A stretch of 64,000 nt of DNA, from the NCBI RefSeq assembly GCF_009914755.1, contig NC_060947.1. The stretch is one strand, 5' to 3'. Below, in pieces: positions 18,300-37,289 of this stretch. A program made the position numbers and the translations under genes. How positions within the stretch are numbered: position 1 is the first letter of the stretch; each line of letters starts with the position of its first letter. The stretch is from the human T2T-CHM13v2.0 reference genome, Homo sapiens. Under the pieces are notes generated by a model, which had not been told where the DNA came from, searched no databases, and worked only from the letters and a program-made list of their open reading frames with translations.

Positions 18300-19712
18300 A
18301 AATAGTATTTTTAACAACTGGTGCTGGAACAACTAGACATCCACATGTAAAAAAGTAGAGCTAGACACAGACCATAAACCTCTCACAAAAATTAACTGAA
18401 AATGGATTATAACCTAAATATAAAAACCCAAACTATAAAACTTTTAGAAGATAACATAGGAGAAATTTTAGGTGAACTTTGGCAATGACTTTTTAGACAC
18501 AACACCAAAACCATATCTATAAAAGAAAAAACTGGTAAGTTAAACTTCATTAAAATTAAAAACTGCTCTGTGAAAGACAGCATTAAGAGAATAATGATAA
18601 AAGCCACATATTGGGAAAAAATATTTGCCAAACACATATGTAATGAAGGACTGGTATTCAACATGTATGAAGAATTCTTCAAATTCAACAATAAGAAAAT
18701 AAACAACCCAAGTATAAAATGGGCAAAAGACCTGAAGAAACACTTCACTAAATAAAATATGCAGATGGCAAATAAGTATATGAAAAGATGCTTAACATCT
18801 TATGTCATTAGGGTTTTGCAAATTAAAACAGCAATGAGATATCACTATGCATCTATTAGAATAACTAAAATTCAAAACACTTTAACGACATATAATGCTG
18901 GCAAGGATGTGGTGCAACAGGAACTCTCATTCATCACTGGTGGGAATGAAAAATGGTATAGCCAACTTGGAAGACAGTTTGGCAGTTTCCTACAAAACTA
19001 AACATACTCTTGCCATACAATCCAGCAGTTGCACCTTTGGTATTTATTCAAATGTGTCAAAACTTATGTCTACACAAAAATCTACATAAAGATATTTATA
19101 GTAGCTTTATTCATAACTGCCAAAATTTGGAAGCAACTAAGATGTTCTTCCATAGGTGAGTGTATAAACTAATATATCCAGATAGTGAAATATTATTCAG
19201 CACTAAAAAAAATTAACTACCAACCCATAAAAGGACATGAAGGAATCTTAAATGCATATTGCTAAGTGAAAGAAACCTATTTGAAAAGGCTACATACTGC
19301 ACGATTCCAATTATGTGACATTCTGAAAAGGCAAAACTATGGAGACAGTAAAAAGATCAGTGGTTGACACTAGTTCAGTGAGAGGGAGGAAGGGATGAAT
19401 AGTTGAACCACAGGGGGTTGAACTATTCTGTATGGTATTATAATGGTAGACACTTTTTTATACATTCATCAAACCACATATGATGTACAACACAAAGACT
19501 AAATCCTAATGTAAACTACGGACTTTAGTTAAAAATAACATATCAATATTGGCTTATTAACTGTAACATATATAGCACACTAATGCGAGATGTTAATGAC
19601 AGGGGAAACAGTATGTGAAGAACCGTGAGGGGGTATATGAAAACTCTCTATATTTCCTACTCAATTTTTCTGTAAACCTAAAACTGCTGTAACAAGTAAA
19701 GTCTATTATTTA
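18300..19712 (+). mobile_element. L1MC-like ORF2 end and 3'UTR, embedded in older L1ME-like sequence spanning about 17080-20600
   Basis: Degenerate ORF2 peptides (ORFs 18570 and 18759) and a long L1MC-type 3'UTR. Confidence 0.7.
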
Positions 19713-19779
19713 GAAACATTGATCCCGAAGAAGGCAAGTGAGGAGAGAAAAAGAAACAGGAAAGAAATGACAAATAGAA

Positions 19780-20110
<331 letters not shown>

Positions 20111-20633
20111 TTACAGATTTAAACTCAGATATACCAATATTGTATTAAATGTATAAACACGAAATGCCCTAGTTAAAAAACAAAAATGGTCAGACTGGAT
20201 TAAAAATATGTAACTACATGTTTTTTAGAAGTGGCACACCTAAAATATAAATGTATTAAAAGTTCAAAGTAAAGGGATTAGAGAAGATCTATCTGGAAAA
20301 TATTAACCAAAGTGTGGATATATTAATATCAGACAAAAATGACTTTAAGGCAGAAAATAATACTAGATATAAAGAAGATCACTGCATAACAATAAAACTT
20401 CAACAAACAAATATATTACAGTACTAATTTTGTATGTATAAGTAGTATGGCCTAAAATATATAAAGCAAAAATGATAAAATTAAATGAAGAAATAGATCA
20501 ATTCAAACCATAAAGGGATATTCCAGCACCTCATCTCAGTAAGTGATAGAGTAAGTACACAAAATATGAGTTTTGATACAGAAGATTCAAATAAAATGAA
20601 CAAAATTAATCTAAATTTATACATGTGTGTATA

Positions 20634-20920
20634 TAGGTGGTCTCTGTCTTATGATTTTTTGACTTTACCACGGGTTTATCAGGATGTAACCACATCGTAA
20701 GTCTGGGAGCTCCTTACAACTTATGACAGGGTTATGGTTTCTACTAAATGTATATTGCCTTTACATCATTATAAAATCAAAATACCATTAAGTTAAACCA
20801 TCATAAGTTGTAGATGCCTGCCATTTTGCCAGCATTAACTGCATTTTCACCTTACGATATTTTCAACTTATGATCAATTTATTGGGATATAACTCCATCG
20901 TAAGTCAAGGAACATCTGTA
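20634..20920. mobile_element. MER47/Tigger5-like DNA transposon relic
   Basis: Ends in catcgtaagtcaaggaacatctg-TA, with internally repeated cttacga/tcgtaag motifs. Confidence 0.65.
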
Positions 20921-21437
20921 CATATATGTACATACACAGTGCCTAAAAACTGCAGAAAACACATTTTTTTCAAGCACACACAGAATATTTACAAAAAGTG
21001 ACCATTTACCTAACCATTAAGCAAATCTAGTCTAGGAAGAATCCTCTACTAAAGTCTTCAGAGAGAGCATAGCTTTATCGACACCTTGATTTTGGACTTC
21101 CAGCCTCCAGAACTATAAGTGTATACATTTCTGTTGTTTTAAGCCACACAGTTTGTAGTGCTTTGTTATAGCATCCCTAGGAAACTAATACCGTATCTAT
21201 ACAACAACAACACAAAAAAACCCTAAAGCAAACATCATATTTAATGGCAATTTATGGTAGCTTTCCCTTTTAAATCCAAAACACCACTTTAATTCAACAT
21301 AGTGGTTGAATTATTAGACAAAATAAGACAAGAAATATATAAAGCATATTGAAAAAGAAGAAACACAATTGTCAATTTGTATAATTGAATATGTAGACAA
21401 CCCAGAAGAATTTATAAGCAAATTATTACAATTATTA

Positions 21438-21800
<363 letters not shown>

Positions 21801-22361
21801 AACTATACAAAATGATTCTGGAAATATGTGGTAGAGGTAACATTTCTCTGAATTCTCATGAAAAACAACTGAGCATGCAGATGGCAAAACCAAAAACCAC
21901 AGACAGCGTTTATAACAAAACTGAGTGACAAAATATCCCGAGGCATTAAGAAACACAAGTGGGTGGAGAAAAAGCAACAACAGCTACAAGACCTGCATTA
22001 TGTCAGCATCTGTACAGGATGAAGAAAAAAAAGGAAGTAATAGGGAAGCGTCTAATGGACTATATAGAAAAGGAGGACCCCAAAATTGGCTTGTAGAAAT
22101 CAACTGAATAGCATGATGGGGAAACTGGAGAACAGCAGTTGAAATTGGGAGATAATTTGCTTTCTCCATTATTGAGTGAGTGCAAGGACCTCATATCAAA
22201 GATGTACTAAAGAAGCGATAGTAGTCTAGGCCCTATGAACCCTTAAAGCTTACCCACTAGAGCTCCCCTCTGAGAGGCTCCACACTAAGGAGAAACTGCT
22301 GAGAGTACAATAAAAAACTGAACAGGACAGTGACAACAAAGATGAAAGAAAAAGTATAGAT

Positions 22362-22575
22362 CAGTGTTGTCCAATAGAGTTCTGTGATGATGGAAATATT
22401 CTATATTTGTGCTATTCAATAGAGTAGTCATTAGCCACACATGGCTATTTAGCACTTGAAATGTGGCTACTGCAATTGAAGAAATAAATTTTTATAACTT
22501 TATTTAATTTTAATTAATTTAAACTTAAACGTACATAGCCACACATGCCTCATTGCTATCATATTGGACAGTGTG
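22362..22575. mobile_element. MER3-like hAT-Charlie MITE
   Basis: Termini cagtgttgtccaatag ... atattggacagtg form an inverted repeat. Confidence 0.75.
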
Positions 22576-22944
22576 GGTGTACACCAAAAGACAGAGAGAA
22601 GCAGAGCCAGGAAATCTCAGAATAAAAGCTGCCTTATTTTTAAACACTAACAAACCAAACCAAACCAAAAACAAAAAAGGGAGCTCTGTGAAGTAGTAAC
22701 ACTTTCTAAATGTCTACCTTTTTATAAGTTAAGGAAAACTAATTTCACATCAAAATGAGAAGCAGTAAAGCTTTAAGGTAAATACCCTAAAAAGTTGTAA
22801 AAAATTAAAAAAAAAAAAAGCAGCAGCAGCATCAGCAGCAGCAAAGTATCCCCACAGAAAATGAAAGCATGTCAGAAAAATGTGCTCAAAAAACAGGTCA
22901 AAATCATAACCGACTATTTAAAAATGAGCTAAACACATTTAAAA

Positions 22945-23440
22945 ATAAATCATGCTGCTATAAAGACACATGCACACGTATGTTTATTTTGGCACTATTC
23001 ACAATAGCAAAGACTTGGAACAAACCCAAATGTCCAACAATGATAGACTGGATTAAGAAAATGTGGCACATATACACCATGGAATACTATGCAGCCATAA
23101 AAAAGGATGAGTTCATGTCCTTTGTAGGTACATGGATGAAATTGGAAATCATCATTCTCAGTAAACTATCGCAAGGACAAAAAACCAAACACCGCATGTT
23201 CTCACTCATAGATGGGAATTGAACAATGAGAACACATGGACACAGGAAGGGGAACATCACACTCTGGGGACTGTTGTGGGGTGGGGGGAGGGGGGAGGGA
23301 TAGCATTAGGAGATATACCTAATGCTAAATGACGAGTTAATGGGTGCAGCACACCAGCATGGCACATGTATACATATGTAACTAACCTGCACATTGTGCA
23401 CATGTACCCTAAAACTTAAAGTATAATAATAAAAATTTAA
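22945..23440 (+). mobile_element. 5'-truncated L1PA4-like 3' fragment
   Basis: ORF2 C-terminus ([12 protein letters not shown]...). 3'UTR gctaaatgacgagttaatggg. Confidence 0.9.
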
Positions 23441-23484
23441 AAAATGATACAAGATATGAAAGATCAACCTAAATAAGAATTAAC

Positions 23485-23818
<334 letters not shown>

Positions 23819-24029
23819 TCAGAAATGAGGTGGTAGAGCTAAGGAAAATATTAGAAGTAAAAGAAGTCATTTCAGAAATGAAGACTAACAAGAAGAAAGT
23901 CAAAAGTAAATAAATACAGCCAATAATGCCAAAAGAGACTAAAAGTCAAAAACAAGAAAAAATTTGAAGTTAAGAAGGAATGAAGATAATGTATATTTTA
24001 CCACAGTAAAAGATAAACACTGAAAAATG

Positions 24030-25198
24030 AAGATACCCAAAGTGATCTACAGATTCAATGTAATCCCTATGACAATTCCAAGGGCATTTTTTTTTCATAA
24101 ATAAAAAAACCCATCCTAAAATTCATATGAAGTTTCAAGGGATCCTGATTTCAAGACTTAGCTATGAAGATATAGTAATCAAAACAGTATAGTACTGAGA
24201 TAAGGACTGACATATAGACCAATGGCATATAATAGAGAGCCCAGAAATGAACCCTCACATATATGGTGAAATGGTTTTTGACAAGGGTTCCCAAACTATT
24301 CAATGGGAAAAGGACAGTCTTTTCAACAAATGGTGCTGGGAAACCAGGATATCCACATGCAAAAGAAAGAAGCTGGATCTTTACCTTATATCACACATAA
24401 AAATTAACTCAACATGGATTAAAGGTGTAAACATAAGAGCTAAAACTATACAAGTCTTAGAAGAAAACACATGCGAAAATCTTCATGACATCGGATTTGC
24501 AAATGACTTCTTGGATATGACACCCAAAGCACAGTCAACAAAAGAAAAATCAGATAAATGGGCCTCATCAAAAATTTTTTAAAATCTACTGTTCTTCAAA
24601 AGACACTAAGAAAAAGACAACCCACAGAATGGGAAAACATATTTGCTAATCATATTTTGGTAAGGGGTTAATATCTGAAATATATAAATAATTCCTACAA
24701 TTCAACCACTATAAAATACAAATCCCAATTAAAAATGGGTAAAGGACTTCAACAGATGTTTCTCCAAAGAAGATACACAAATGGCCAATAAGCACATGAA
24801 AATATGTTCAACATCACTGGTCATTAGGGAAATGCAAATCAAAAACACAATAAGAGAACACTTCAAACCCATTAGGATGGCTTTTATCAAAAAACTTAAA
24901 AACAGTGAGTGTTGACCAGGATGTGGAGAAATTGGAACACTTGTGCATTACTGGTGGGAATGTAAAATGGTACAACCATTGTGGAAAAAAGTAGGATGAT
25001 TGTTCAAAATGTTAAATACAGAATTACCACATGATCCAATGATTATATTATTAGGTAAATACTCAAAAAAACTGAAAGCAGGAACTCAAAAAGATACTTG
25101 TAATATCTATGTTCATAGAAGTATTTATTCATAATAGCCAAAATGTCAAAGCAACCCAAGTGTCCAATGAATAGATGAAAGGATAAACAAAATGTGGT
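24030..25198 (+). mobile_element. L1MB-like ORF2 3' region
   Basis: Degenerate ORF2 peptide (ORF 24247-24582). Confidence 0.75.
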
Positions 25199-28047
<2,849 letters not shown>

Positions 28048-28970
28048 TTCTCTAAAATTCTAAAATTGAGTGAAAGAAGCCAGATTTAAAAAAAAGGTAA
28101 AGTACATACCGTGTAATTCCATTTATATGAAACTCTAGGAAAGATAAATCTAACCTATAGTGATAGAAAGCATACCAGTCATTGCCTGGGGCTGGGAGTG
28201 GAGGTGAGGATTGACTGGGAAGGAACACAAGGAAATCTCTCAGGATAATGGAAGTCTTCTATATCTAGACCATGGTAGTGGGTAAATTTGGGGTATAAAG
28301 TTGTCAAAATTATTGAACTATACCTAAAATGAATGCATTTTTGTATGTAAATTATATTTTTATAAATTCATTTTAAAATAAATTAGTAATGACTTGCAAG
28401 GGTTCCTTTAGTTTTCAAATTCAGTGATTAATGAGCCTAGTCCCCCACAAAATCCTCTTTGACTATAATACATTTTATCAGGTTATACTGATATTTCAGA
28501 AAAATGTGGGCAGAAGATACCTCAAAGTTCTCTTAGTCAAAAAATTCTTCTGATGCTTGAATCTCCTCTATAACATTTATACCAAGTCATTCAGTCTTTA
28601 CTTAAATATATTCAAGAAGACAGAATTCACTCTATTTTAAGAAAATCCATTTCATTGTTTTGGTAGGTCAAATAATTAAGAAAGGGTTTCCTTATGATAA
28701 TCCAAAATCTCACTCCTTGTAGGTCTCACCCATGGAAACACTCATGAAATAAATTTAATTTCTTTACTCCCTGACAGCCATTCAAATATTGGAAGAAAGC
28801 TATCGTGTTTCTCGTAAATCTTCCATTTCCCAAGTTTAACATCCACACTTCCTTTATTCTTCAAATTAGATGATTTTTAGTGCTCTCACCATCCTCAGTG
28901 CCTTCCTCTTGGCACACTTGGGTTTGTCAATATCCTCCTTTATAAGTGGTGCCCCTCAATCCAATACAAT

Positions 28971-29146
28971 ACAGATGCTCCTCAACTAATGATGGGGTTA
29001 CATCCTGATAAACCCATGGTAAACTGAAAATATCCTAAATAGAAAGTGCATTTTCAACCTATGACGGATTTATCCAGACATAACCCCATGGTAACTTGAG
29101 GAGCTTATTGAATGAGTATTGCTTTCATACTATCATAAGATTGATA
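28971..29146. mobile_element. MER47/Tigger5-like MITE
   Basis: TA|cagatgctcctcaactaatgatggggttacatcc terminus. Confidence 0.7.
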
Positions 29147-29470
29147 AATCCTAAATCGAACCCTTGTAAGTCAAGGGCTGTCTATACAGTTGTTCCCTCG
29201 TATCTTTAGAGGATTGGTTCCAGGACACCCTCGGATATCACAATCTGCAGATGCTCAAGTTCCTTATAGTAGTTGCATATAACCTACACACATCCTTTTG
29301 TATACTTTAAATAATCTCTAGATTACTTACACCTAATGCAACGTAAATGTTCTGTAAATAGTAGTTACACTGTATTGTTTTATATTTGCATTATTTTCTA
29401 TGTTGTATTGCTATTTTCTAAATTGCTTTTTTCTGAATATTTTCAGTCTGCGTTTGATTGAATCTGTACT
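29147..29470. mobile_element. MER2 (Tigger-type) relic directly abutting the MER47, both within an ancient CR1/L3-like stretch (about 28500-29800)
   Basis: cagttgttccctcgtatc...ggattggttccaggac...gatgctcaagttccttata. Confidence 0.7.
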
Positions 29471-31817
29471 TCAGATATATTCTAACCAGAGCAGAATAGA
29501 GGGTGATTGCCACTTTTTCTCCTTCTATACATTAAATCTCTATTGATTCAACCTAATTTGAGTAAACTTTCTTAGTATTTTTGGCTTATGCAGTGCTTAT
29601 AGTCAATAAAATGTACCAAGTGACTCACATATGCTGCTTTTAGAGCCATATTTTATCTACTTTGTTCTTGTACAATTGGTTTTGGGATCCAATTATAGGA
29701 TGTTTTGTTGTTTCCTGTTTGTCTTTGTCTTGCTAGAATAGGCTCATCATTTCAACCTATTAAGGTCCCTTCAGATCTGACTCTATCTTCTAACAAATCA
29801 GTTACCCTTTTCAGCTTCACATCATATGTACATTCAATCAATATTCACAAACGTCCTCATCTATATATTCCTATTCTAAGTTCATATGGTACATACCACA
29901 CAATGATGTGTGATTGAACAGCCTTTTATTATTTTCTAATTATTTTATATATGTAAATATTGTTTCTGCATTAATATTTTAGGCTCACTTACAGAATAGA
30001 TCATGTCTTCTACTTATTCTATAGTGCTTGGCACAGATTAGGCATTTAATATTTGTTGAGTTGGAATCTCAGTCAGGGTATTTTTACAGTATAGCTGTAT
30101 CAAATGAGTCACAGCTGACCTTCATCTTATGTTTCTTTAGTGGTTTTTTTTTTTGCATCCATATAGATGCATTTGTGGGAAAGGTACATCTACCTAAGAA
30201 TTACAAAAAAAAAAAAAAAAAACCCTCAGAATCAGTCAAGCACAAGCTGATGAAGTACAGAGGCCACAGTGCCATCTAGTGAATATCACTAGTTTATGTC
30301 TGCTGGTCCCAAGCTCATTTTTCGAACTTTATATGGTAAAGAGAAACAATATATAACCAGCACATGAGACATAACTGTCTTCACTTTAGGTCACATAAAT
30401 ATTCTATGAATAGTCTCATCTTTGTGTCTGTTGTAAGTCTTACAGCCATTCTGTGGTTTGAGAGTGTGGTTCAGTTTTATCAAACTATAGTAGTGCTAAT
30501 GACATTCATGTACCTAAACTGCAGTTGCAAGCTGAGGATGGGACTTCTGTACTGAGTTAAAGAGTACCCAATTGTGCATTCCCATTAACTTACACAGACT
30601 ATCACCAAAACAAGTCATTATCCATCTGTCAACTAACATTAAGGTTTTATTATGGTTTGCAGCAAAATCCCATTATATCAAGGTGTGATAAACTGCTTCT
30701 GTATTTAGAACCCAAGCTCATTTCCTTCATCCTTAATCCATTCAAACCTATGACTTGCACAAACCAAATATTTTTAAATCCTCAAAAATAATATAGCAAA
30801 ATCAGGATACCAGGCTTAAGGCACTACAAACACCTCAAAGGCAGAGTTGATATCTATGAAACAACATTGTTTAATATTGTCTCATGCAAAGTACTGAAGA
30901 TATCTGAATGGATAATAGCAATTAAAAAATTTTTATTTATACAATTTAGAAAACAAACCAAAGAAATGATCTATAATTGGCATTGTTATCTCAAAAAGAG
31001 GTTGCCAAGTGTGCGAGCTAATGAATCTGTAACCTAATCTACTAAAAAGTTCAAGGGAGTCTATTTCTCAACTCCATTGGCCTGCCCAAATTAACTTCTG
31101 ACCTATGATTCAATATTTCATTTTAAATCAAGATAAAATGCGTTCTCACCCTCAAAAGAGAAAAGAGCTGAGCTGGAGAAAGTTATAGTGGGATGATTTT
31201 TAATAATATAATCTCATTCAGTTCTGATAATCAAAGAGCACTCACAGATCTTAATCACTATTAATTTCCAAATTATGCATAGTAGCAAGGACAGAAATAG
31301 CATGAGGAAATGGAATTCCTATATCAGAAGAAGTTGATTGACAGGTATTTATTGAGTCTTTATAACTATTTTTAATGTAATGAGCATCTACTATGCATTA
31401 GGCACTATGCTGGGTACAAGGGCAAATAAAGATAAGATATGGTCTCTGTCCTCAAGGAGGTGACTGACAGTCCAATAGATGACTAAGGCAGGTATAGAAA
31501 TAACTAAAATATAATGAGAAAACAAGTATCTAGGGATAAACAGAACTGTTACAAAGTCTTGGAGGAAAGGCAAGACAAGGAAATTTCCTCAGGAAGCTAA
31601 GAATGTCATTAAGAGTTAGGCTTTGAAAAAGGGAATTTTAAGCTAGGCTTTGAAAAGGGAATTTTAGGGATGCAGGAAAGAGGTAATTTGCAATGAAGAA
31701 GCATGAAAAAAGATACTGAGGTAGAAAACATAGATCATGGCTAGGAAGCAGCAAGTACTCCAGTTGAGGACAAACATAGTATACAAGGAAATAAAACAGA
31801 AACAGTTTCCATGAAAG

Positions 31818-32059
31818 TAGGTTGTTATAAAGCCAGAAAGCCCCTTGGATTATGTCTCCTGGCATGAGTCTACTTCCCTTTGACTTTCTGCTATGTTTTG
31901 ATCTAGCACAAAAGCCCTCACCAGAAGCCAAGCAAATGCCAGCACCATGGCCCTTGAACTTCCCAGCCTGCAGAATCATGAGCTTAAATAAACCTATTTT
32001 CTTTATTAATTACTCAGTCTTAGGTATTCTGTTATACCAACACGAAACAGACTAAGACA
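31818..32059 (+). mobile_element. MaLR MST-type LTR 3' part
   Basis: ccctcaccagaagcc...aataaa...cagactaagaca terminus. Confidence 0.75.
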
Positions 32060-32343
32060 CCACTACTTCCCTGATCACATCTCCTAATTCTCCTAATGTT
32101 CCCTCAGCTCCAGCCACAAAGGTCTCTTTGCCATTCTTTAAATACCCTAGGGCCTTTGCAGTTGTTATTCCCTCCATCTGGAATGCTCTTTTTCCTCAGG
32201 TCTCTACTTAAAAACAATCTTCTCAGTGAGGACTTCCCTGACCACCCTATCTAAAAGTTCAACCGTTCATCCGCCTCTGAAACATTTAATATCACCCTTT
32301 CCTGCTTAGTTTTCTCCTTAGCACTTATCAATATTTAATATAC

Positions 32344-32670
32344 CAGGAGTCAACAAACTATAGCCTTTGGGCAAAATCTGGCTCACCATATTTTTTGTAC
32401 AGTTCATAAGTTAGAACAATTTTACATTTTAAGTGCCTGAAATAAATCAAAAGAATCATATTTTATGACACACAAAAATTACATGAAATTCAAATTTCAG
32501 TATTCCAAAACATAGTTTTATTGGAACACAGCCACACCAATTTGATTACATACTGTCTATGGCTATTTTCAAGGCACAACAACAGAGTTGATTAGTTTCA
32601 GCACAGACTGTATGGCCTGCAAAACCTAAAATATTTACTGTGGTTCTTTACAGAAAGTTTGTTGACCCCT
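32344..32670. mobile_element. MER58B-like hAT MITE inserted in an L2 remnant (about 32060-32855)
   Basis: Termini caggagtcaacaaact ... agtttgttgacccct. Confidence 0.75.
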
Positions 32671-32997
32671 ATAATATAACATAATACTTATTTATCTTTT
32701 TATTGTTTGCCTCTCCTAGTGGAAAATAATGGGGACAGCAGTATTTGTCCATGTGGATAAAGGTTTTTATATATTTTGTTCATTACTATATCCCCAATGC
32801 CTAGAACAGTACTTAACACATAGGAGACAATAAATAAATATTTTTGAATGAATGAACACTAAAAAATTGGATTAGAAAGTTTGGCAACAAAAAGAAGGAC
32901 ACAGAACTGAAGTTTGAGGAGGATTACAAAGTTGAAGGAAGGTTTTTGGATAAAGAAGACTTCAAGGTAATTATAGTGACAGGAGAAAGAAACAGTA

Positions 32998-33323
<326 letters not shown>

Positions 33324-35722
33324 CTAGGGTTGAGATCTGTAGAGTAAGGTCCCCAGACAAAGTTACTTCTTTCTCGTAGGTAAGAGAAAAGAAAGGATGG
33401 GTGAAGAGGTGAGAAATTGATGAAGTTCATGTCAGTGGCTACAAGCTCAGCAAATCACACGATAAGATCTTTTGCTACAACAAAGGAGAAAGCATGGGTG
33501 CTTAAGGACAGAAAAAAAATGTTTTGGAATTATCACTGTGGGGAATGTGATAAAAACTCAACAAGAGTCAGTATTATTGACTACCTAGCTGAAAAACCAT
33601 GAAATTTTAGCAAACCCAATAAACATGGTTTCATAAATTTTCCCAACAATGCTCAAGCAACTCAAAGGAAGGAGTGAAGAAAGACAATGAAAGCTAACAA
33701 AGGTTAGACACTGGCGAGGTGGGATTATTAAAATATGATGGATTGTGTATTTTTTTCACCTTTCTGTCTGTCCTAGTGCATAAGAGGATATTCATTGTAT
33801 ATGGAGGGTATCCAATCAATGTCTGCTAAATTCAAGACAAGGATGAAATGGAGAAATATACTAACAGTAACCAACAAAGTTACCTTGAATATATTCAAAA
33901 TATCCTTTGGTTTCACCACTAATCTGGCCATAAATGATACAGTTACATATTGAGTACGCACCATTAAAATACACCTGGTTTACTGTTCTCCTATTCTTCC
34001 TAACCTCACTATTAATACCATTTGAATTTCCAATTATAAAGTCAGTGCTATACTAGGCTCTAGGACCAAACTTGACATTAGAAGAGATGTAAGTAGCATT
34101 GCTTAAGTCTCAGAAAACTGTATCTAGTCAACTTGTATTCCTCTTCTGGTCATTGCTTCCCAGTTTGGCTCCCTATGCAGGGGATCTGCTCTTAAAAACA
34201 GCCTCATATCCTGGCCCCTTTAGTTGTGGAGATCTACTTTGCTCTTTCTAGTATGTCTGCACACACTCCTATTCCTCAAAGATTTGTGTACTGTCTCAGA
34301 GTCCAAATATCTGTGATTGAAACCCTGTTCCCTGCTGTTATGTTTATGTGATGCCAACCACCTGTGTGCCTGACTTACGGACTATTTCCAACATTTAGAT
34401 TTCTCTCATTGCCATGCTCTGCTTATCTGCCCATTAGGATACCATGATGTCAGCTGCTTGAGTGAGTTGAAGGCAACTATACTTTGTTCATCTCTGTAAC
34501 CTCAGAGCCTAGCATAATGTCTGGTACTGTGTTCTTTCTTTCTTTCCTGACTGGCTGATTAGATATCCTCCCTTGGCCTGCAAATGCATCCATTCCCCAA
34601 CTAGCATGTCTACATCCAGATATAGGTCCTTCCCAAGCTGCCTAGCTCACTGTGTCATAAATCATGGAAGTTATAAAGGCTCTGTGATTGCCTTCTTTAT
34701 TAGTCTTTAAGTAAACAGTAGGCAACTACCTTTCTGAAATAGTGCTGTCCTGTGCAGAATTAGGTAACAAAATCTACATGATCATCTTCCTTTTAGATCT
34801 TAAACTGTAGGTAACTATTTTCTGAAACAGTTAAATGCTAGCCTGTACAACATTATGATGAATTAAGTAACATTTCAAGTTCTCTTCCAGGGCTGTGACT
34901 TTATAACATATAAACTAAATAGCAAATATTTTCTTGAAAGAAAATCTAAAGTATTTAAGTCAGATAAACAACTCTTCAAAAATAAACCTTCAAAGAAAAC
35001 ATCTGGAATCATTACCCTTAATCACCTAGGTGAACAAAGGTTAGACCTGTCATTAAAACTTGAAAGGCAACAAAAACCTTCATATTTCATTTGGGTTCAC
35101 ACTTGTCCTTCTAGTTCTTTGTCCTTCTAAGAGCCAATACCCCTCATTACGTGCATACCATATGATAACCAAAGGAAGAAATGTCCTAATTGCTTTGGAA
35201 AGTATTTCCGTTCTATCTTTAAACAAGCTTTTATCTTCTTTACCTTCTAGAATTTTGTCCTGATAAGAAATCAGTTAAAGAACATTTTCTAGGGTGGTTG
35301 GAAAGGCAAGAGATAACAACCTAGAAAGTGAAAGAATGGCCACTTCATTCAAGTATTTGGTCTCAATGAATGCTTGACAAAAGTGTGTACTTCAAAATTT
35401 AGCTTGCTGCAAAGGACAATATTACAGATGGTTAGTAGCAGATAACTTTGTTCAGGAGTTCCAATGATATATTACCTTTCAGAATAGGTGTGAAAAATAA
35501 AGGGTAAGTAATAGAATTAATGGTATTCCAAATTCTCTCTTTCTTTGGGAAGTTTCACTCTATGTTTACAGTGTGCAAATCAAGAAAATGTCAATTTGAC
35601 CTTGTTCTATATGAGGGAACTCTCAGACATCCTAAACTAACAGCCAGGAAGTCACAGCATGGCATCTATCTCTCTGCCACTGCACATAAGAACATTTGCT
35701 ACCTCTGAAAATAGATAAATCA

Positions 35723-35866
<144 letters not shown>

Positions 35867-37212
35867 CTAAAGTTTAAAAAGAAACAACAAAATCACAGCG
35901 ATGTCGCTACCCTATCTTTCCCAAGTCACCTCTAGAAACAAATAAAAGATGCTGTTGGTTTCTTTTTTAGGCAATCAAAACACAATATCCTTTATATAGG
36001 GTTCTAAGTGCATTTTATTATCAGTCTTGGTCAACATAAGTTTTAGATAAGGTGGCAATCAGTATTCTTTCTTTTTCCTACACATTAGAAATTTCACACA
36101 TAGGATGAAGAGTCTAAGAGTGTAGTAAACCACCCCAGAAAACTTAAAATCTATTTTAAAAGTTATTAAAACAACAACGACAAAAATTTTAAAAGAGAAC
36201 ACCCATAATTCACCATGCTAATGCAGCTATTTTCATTTATCTATGTTCAATTTTAACTGTATTCTTTTGTATATTTACCTAGTTGTAATCGTAGCTTATA
36301 TAGAATTTCATGTTCTATTCTTTCCATTTAATTTTGTTTTGTACATATTAATCTATGTTGCTATGTAGTCTTCACAGTAATCAATTTTAGGAGATACATA
36401 ACATTTAATCAAGTATATAATGATTTTCTTAATGTTAGCTATTTAGTGAATTTGCAGGGTTTTTACTATTGTAATTGATGCTGCTGTATTTGTATACAAA
36501 AATACATTTTTCTCTTGAGTAAATTTAAAATTTTCAATGGTAAGAAGCTAGCTAGGGAAAATCTGATAGGAATAACCTGGATAATTATTTCTTAATCTAA
36601 GAAAACTGAGACTGCTTATAAACCAAGGTAAGGTAAATGATTCCCTTGTACCCTATCAAGAAGCTTCATATTTTTCAATTAAGAATAGGAGCCATTAGGA
36701 CCTTCAAGGAATAAAACACCCTCTTCAACTAGAAACAATTATGCTAAATAGGTAAAACACTGCCTTTGACTATTACATTAGTCATAGTAGATTAGAAATA
36801 TGTCATATTAGAAATAGTCAATTAGAAATAAGATTACATTCCTCTCCAGTGTTGGAAGTGGATGTTTTAAGAAAATTATTCAGCAAGACTGGAAAATGAG
36901 AGGAAAGAAAAAGAATCAATAGAAGAATGGGAATTCTGAAGTAGTTCTTCACCTATTCAGTAAAAAAATAAATAAAGGCCTTCTAAAAGAGAATACGAAT
37001 ATCATTCTATCTTGTGGTACCTAACCATAAGACCTAGGTTTCTACATGCTCCTATAAGGGATTCTCTTTCCTTCTCTTGGGTCTAATTCTTTGTTTCTCA
37101 GATTTTGTTCCCTTTTTTCTCCTCACATCTTTCTCCTACAAAACCTACCATAACATTTTTTGGAAAACAGTTTTATTGAGGTACAATTGACATATGAAAC
37201 ACTATGAATATT

Positions 37213-37230
37213 TAAACTGTACAATTGTTT

Positions 37231-37289
<59 letters not shown>
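37213..37289. repeat. Compound (AT)~31(AC)~7 microsatellite
   Basis: Read directly from the sequence. Confidence 0.95.

Noticed and set aside
22819-22842. (CAG)n-like tract
   Set aside because: Only about 8 interrupted units, intronic and within old repeat sequence.
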